A stretch of 64,000 bases of DNA, taken from contig CAVVMW010000007.1 of NCBI GenBank assembly GCA_963749495.1, forward strand, positions 64,001-128,000. The letters run 5' to 3'. Each line of letters starts with the position of its first letter. The first letter of the stretch is position 1. The notes under the pieces were generated by a model. It saw only the letters and a program-made list of their open reading frames with translations. It was not told the DNA's origin and ran no database searches. Made by a program: the position numbers and the translations under genes. Origin of the DNA: an uncultured bacterium (GTDB lineage: Bacteria; Verrucomicrobiota; Verrucomicrobiia; Limisphaerales; UBA8199). Positions 60,515 to 64,000 of this stretch are shown here, piece after piece.

Positions 60515-61654
60515 TCACGGGCGGCCACGCTCGCGGGCAGACCTCTCCAGGGCGGTGCGGATGGTGGCGGCGGTGTGGTCCCAGGAGCAGTGGCGCATCC
60601 GCTCGCGCCCGCGGCGGGCGTAGGCCTCTCGGGTCGGCCCATCCATGAGCGAGTTGAGGGCCTGGGCGATTTCCGAGGCGTCCCTCGGGTCGCGCAGCAG
60701 CAGGGCTTCGCCCTGGGCGGCCAACTCGGCGGCGCCGGTGAAACGGCCGCAGCTTATGACGGCGGCGCACCCATGGGCCATCGCTTCGAGCGGCGCCAGG
60801 GGCGAAGGGTCGGAGAGGGTCGGCAGGACGAAAATGTCCGCCAGGGCGTAATAGTCCTTCACGTTGTTGACGCACCCGGCCCAGGTAATGCGCCCGGTCA
60901 GGCGCAGTTGGGCGGCGCGTCTCTCGTAAGCGGCATGGTCCTGTCCGCCGACGACCACCAGCCTGGGGCCGCGCTCGCCCAATTGGCCCAGGCCCTCGAG
61001 CAGCGCGTCCAGGCCCTTCCTGCGAAACTCCGAGGCCACGAACAGGGCCACCACCTCGCCGTCCTTGAAGCCCAGCCTGGCCCGCCACTGGGCACGCCTT
61101 TGGGCAACGTCCGGCGCCGGGGCGTCCACCCCGGAGTGGGCGATGAAGAAGCGGTCGTCGGGAATCGGGTAGTAGCGTTGGACCTCCAGCTTCACCATCT
61201 GGGAATCGGCCACCCAGAACCGGCCCGGGGCCAGGCGCGTGTTACACCGCTCCAGCAGCCAGTGGCCCCAGATGCTCGGCCCGGTCAGGATCTTGAGCCA
61301 GGTGCGCCAGGCCCGCCTGCGTTGCCCGCGCTCGGCCCCCCAAAGCCCGCCCACGAATGTGCCGCAGTGGACGTTCATGACATCGAACCGGGCGACTCGC
61401 TCGTGCGAATAGACCACGTCGAACCCGCGCGCCAGCCGGCCCGCGCGCCAACTGAACCACCAGGCATTGAGGAAGTTGGGCTTGCGCACCGGCCTGGAGA
61501 CCCGGTGCAGGGCCATCCCCGCAGGCTCGTGGTCCCATTGCTGCGTGAAGAGGTGCACCTCGTGCGCCAGGGCCAGCCGCCGCGCCACTTCCACCGCATA
61601 ACGCTCCGCCCCGCCCGTGGTGATGTAGCGCCGAACCAGGATGGCGACTCTCAT
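60515..61654 (-). CDS. GT4 family glycosyltransferase (WaaG/RfaG-like)
   Basis: 'GGAERY', 'RKGLDALL', 'ADIFVLPTLSDP..PLEAMAHG'. Confidence 0.88.
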   Translation of the reverse strand: MRVAILVRRYITTGGAERYAVEVARRLALAHEVHLFTQQWDHEPAGMALHRVSRPVRKPNFLNAWWFSWRAGRLARGFDVVYSHERVARFDVMNVHCGTFVGGLWGAERGQRRRAWRTWLKILTGPSIWGHWLLERCNTRLAPGRFWVADSQMVKLEVQRYYPIPDDRFFIAHSGVDAPAPDVAQRRAQWRARLGFKDGEVVALFVASEFRRKGLDALLEGLGQLGERGPRLVVVGGQDHAAYERRAAQLRLTGRITWAGCVNNVKDYYALADIFVLPTLSDPSPLAPLEAMAHGCAAVISCGRFTGAAELAAQGEALLLRDPRDASEIAQALNSLMDGPTREAYARRGRERMRHCSWDHTAATIRTALERSARERGRP

Positions 61655-61859
61655 GGTGAGCAGCATAGGAAGGGGCGGACAAACCGGACAAGTGAAATGA
61701 GGCCGGAAGAAGGCAGAATCATGGGGAGCTGCCCCAGAGGCCCCTCCCCCAGGATTTTGCCAATAATGATTTTGTGTCTTTCCGGAGAATCATGGTCCTG
61801 CCTGGAGCCGAATCTGCTCGCCTTGCGGGCGGGGGGCCGGACATACTGTGGGACGCACA

Positions 61860-63701
61860 ATGCGATTGTTTTTCAGGAGAATCTGGGAGTTCGTGCGCCC
61901 CTACCGAGGCCGGCTGCTTCTCGGGCTGGTGTGCGGGGTGGTGAGCGCGCTGGCCACCACGGCGCTCATCCCGGTGATCAGCCTGGTGGTCAGCCTGGAG
62001 TTCGGGCAGGGCAAGGCGGTCTCGGTGGCGGAGTTCCTGCGCGGGCACGCGCCAGAGTGGGCGAAGGGGTGGGTCCAGGGCCTGGCGGGCTTGCTTCCGG
62101 GCCTGGGGAAGCCCAACTCCAACCTGGGCCACGTGCTGATGATTGCGACAATCCCCGCGGTGATGCTGGTGAGGAACCTCTTCGCCTATTTGAACCTCTA
62201 TTGCATGCACTGGGCGGCGGTGCGGGCGGTAGCGGACTTGCGGACGCGGCTCTTCGATCACCTGCAAAACCTCTCGCAGGACTTCTTCAGCGGCGCCCGC
62301 ACGGGCGATTTGATTTCGCGGATCACCAGTGACACGCAGACGCTCTATGGGGTCGTCAGCAGTTCGCTGGGCTCGATGGTGACGGCCCCGGTGACGGTGG
62401 TGACCCTGCTGGCGGTGTTGCTCTACCCCGCTAACCAGCGGGGGTTGGCCCTGGCCTCGATCGTGGTGCTGCCAATTTGCCTGGTGCCGATTACAATCTA
62501 CGGCCGAAAGGCCCGGAAATCCGCGCGGTTGATGCAGGGCCACGTCTCGGAGCTGACCAGCGTCATGCACGAATCGTTTACGGGCAACCGGATTATCAAG
62601 GCCTATAACCTCGAAGGGACCGTCCTCAAGCAGTTCCGGGAGGCCACCCGGAAATACATCGGCCACATGATGCGCCTGGTCCGGGCCAACGAGATTCCGG
62701 GCCAATTCACCGAGTTCCTGGGCGCCGTCGGCGTGGCCTTGGTCTTGCTCTATTCCCTAAAGATGCGCGAGGGGAGCCTGAACTCGGATGACCTGGCCCG
62801 GTTCGTGCGTTTCATCGTGGCTATCGTGCTGATGTACGCGCCGATCAAGGCCATGGCAAAGCTGCACAACCAACTGCACCAGGCGGCGGCGGCCAGCCAG
62901 AACGTCTTCGAGTTGCTCCAACGGACCAGCACGGTGCTCGATCCGCCGGCACCCGTCCCGCTCAAGGCACGGGGCGCGGACATCCGGTTCGAGAACGTTG
63001 ATTTTGCCTACGGGGACAAGCCCGTCCTGCGCGCCATCAACCTGACGGTCGAGGCCGGGCAAGTGGTGGCGCTGGTGGGCAGCAGCGGTTCGGGCAAGAC
63101 CACGCTCACCAATTTGCTGCTGCGCTTCTATGACCCCAAATCCGGGTCCGTGCGCATCGGCGGCACCGACTTGCGCCAGGTCGCGGTCAAGGACCTGCGC
63201 CGCCAGGTCGCCCTGGTCGCCCAGGAAACGATCCTCTTCAACGACACCATCCGCAACAACATCGCCCTGGGCCGGCCCGGGGCCTCGGACGCCGAGATCG
63301 AAGCGGCCGCCCGGCATGCCTATGCCCACGAATTCATCCTCGAGAAACCGGGCGGCTACGAAGCCCTGGCGGGGGAGAAAGGCGCCACCCTCTCCGGCGG
63401 CCAGCGCCAGCGCATTGCAATTGCCCGCGCCCTGCTCAAGGACGCCCCCATCCTGATCCTGGACGAGGCGATGAGCCAGCTCGACTCGGAATCCGAACGC
63501 GCCGTGCAGGCCGCCCTGGAGCAACTCATGCAGGGCCGCACCACCATTTGCATCGCTCACCGCCTCTCGACCATCCAAGGCGCCGACCTCATCGTGGTGC
63601 TGGACAATGGTCGAATCGTGGAGAGAGGCACCCACGCGGAGTTGCTCCAGGCGCGCGGATGCTACCGCCGCCTCTATGAGTTGCAATTCGAGACGGCGTA
63701 G
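61860..63701 (+). CDS. MsbA-like ABC exporter (TM + NBD)
   Basis: 'GSSGSGKT', 'LSGGQRQRIAIARA', 'ILDEA', 'IAHRLSTI'. Confidence 0.9.
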   Translation: MRLFFRRIWEFVRPYRGRLLLGLVCGVVSALATTALIPVISLVVSLEFGQGKAVSVAEFLRGHAPEWAKGWVQGLAGLLPGLGKPNSNLGHVLMIATIPAVMLVRNLFAYLNLYCMHWAAVRAVADLRTRLFDHLQNLSQDFFSGARTGDLISRITSDTQTLYGVVSSSLGSMVTAPVTVVTLLAVLLYPANQRGLALASIVVLPICLVPITIYGRKARKSARLMQGHVSELTSVMHESFTGNRIIKAYNLEGTVLKQFREATRKYIGHMMRLVRANEIPGQFTEFLGAVGVALVLLYSLKMREGSLNSDDLARFVRFIVAIVLMYAPIKAMAKLHNQLHQAAAASQNVFELLQRTSTVLDPPAPVPLKARGADIRFENVDFAYGDKPVLRAINLTVEAGQVVALVGSSGSGKTTLTNLLLRFYDPKSGSVRIGGTDLRQVAVKDLRRQVALVAQETILFNDTIRNNIALGRPGASDAEIEAAARHAYAHEFILEKPGGYEALAGEKGATLSGGQRQRIAIARALLKDAPILILDEAMSQLDSESERAVQAALEQLMQGRTTICIAHRLSTIQGADLIVVLDNGRIVERGTHAELLQARGCYRRLYELQFETA

Positions 63702-63801
63702 GTGGCCGTTTCATAAACACACACAGATCGCCTTTCTCAGTTTGCCGGGAGCGGCTTGCCGTGACAGAGCGGGATCGAACCAGCGTTGCAGGCATGCTGG
63801 A

Positions 63802-63990
63802 GACGCCAACGGCGTCACTCATACCAGCCCAGGGCAACGCCCTGGGTTTACAGACCAAAAACCATTCCGAGCGCTGAAAGCGCGATTCAAGGTTGGACTA
63901 TGAGGCAGGCCGTTGGCCTGCGATCGAATCAAACGGCACGACGAACCCAGGGCGTTGCCCTGGGCTGGTATGAATCAGGCCGTTGGCCTG
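63802..63990. repeat. REP-like element family B, as an inverted pair
   Basis: ATACCAGCCCAGGGCAACGCCCTGGG ... CCCAGGGCGTTGCCCTGGGCTGGTAT. Confidence 0.85.
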
Positions 63991-64000
63991 GAAAGGCCCG

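Overview
GC-rich bacterial window, inferred to be Verrucomicrobiota (subdivision 3-like) from secreted proteins ending in the 'ISWP...FYRL' C-terminal module and GloVer-type repeats. It falls into six blocks. (1) 0-5.5 kb and 14-16 kb: glycoside-hydrolase genes and many internally deleted gene remnants. (2) 5.7-12.0 kb: an intact blaI-M56 (BlaR1-like)-secreted protein-S41 protease operon, in which three proteins share one ~175-aa domain I cannot assign, with twin TACA-NN-TGTA operators upstream. (3) 13-20 kb: sialidase-like, FAD oxidoreductase and extended ECF sigma genes. (4) 21.3-34.1 kb: a repeat-bounded defence island (YhcG/DUF1016, PLD-SNF2 helicase, NYN RNase, Type ISP-like N6-MTase-TRD); the NYN gene has its own promoter and a two-hairpin, terminated leader RNA (candidate RNA-antitoxin system). 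(5) 36.3-48.8 kb: an intact CODH/ACS cluster (cooC x2, cooS, fused acsB-acsD, acsC, acsV) lacking acsE and folate genes but carrying a core (MesB-like) methionine synthase, suggesting folate-independent acetyl-CoA-to-methionine methyl transfer. (6) 49.9-64 kb: large secreted proteins and envelope genes (Aas-like, GT4, MsbA-like). No rRNA, tRNA or CRISPR array was seen. All family calls come from motif recognition by eye, not database searches.
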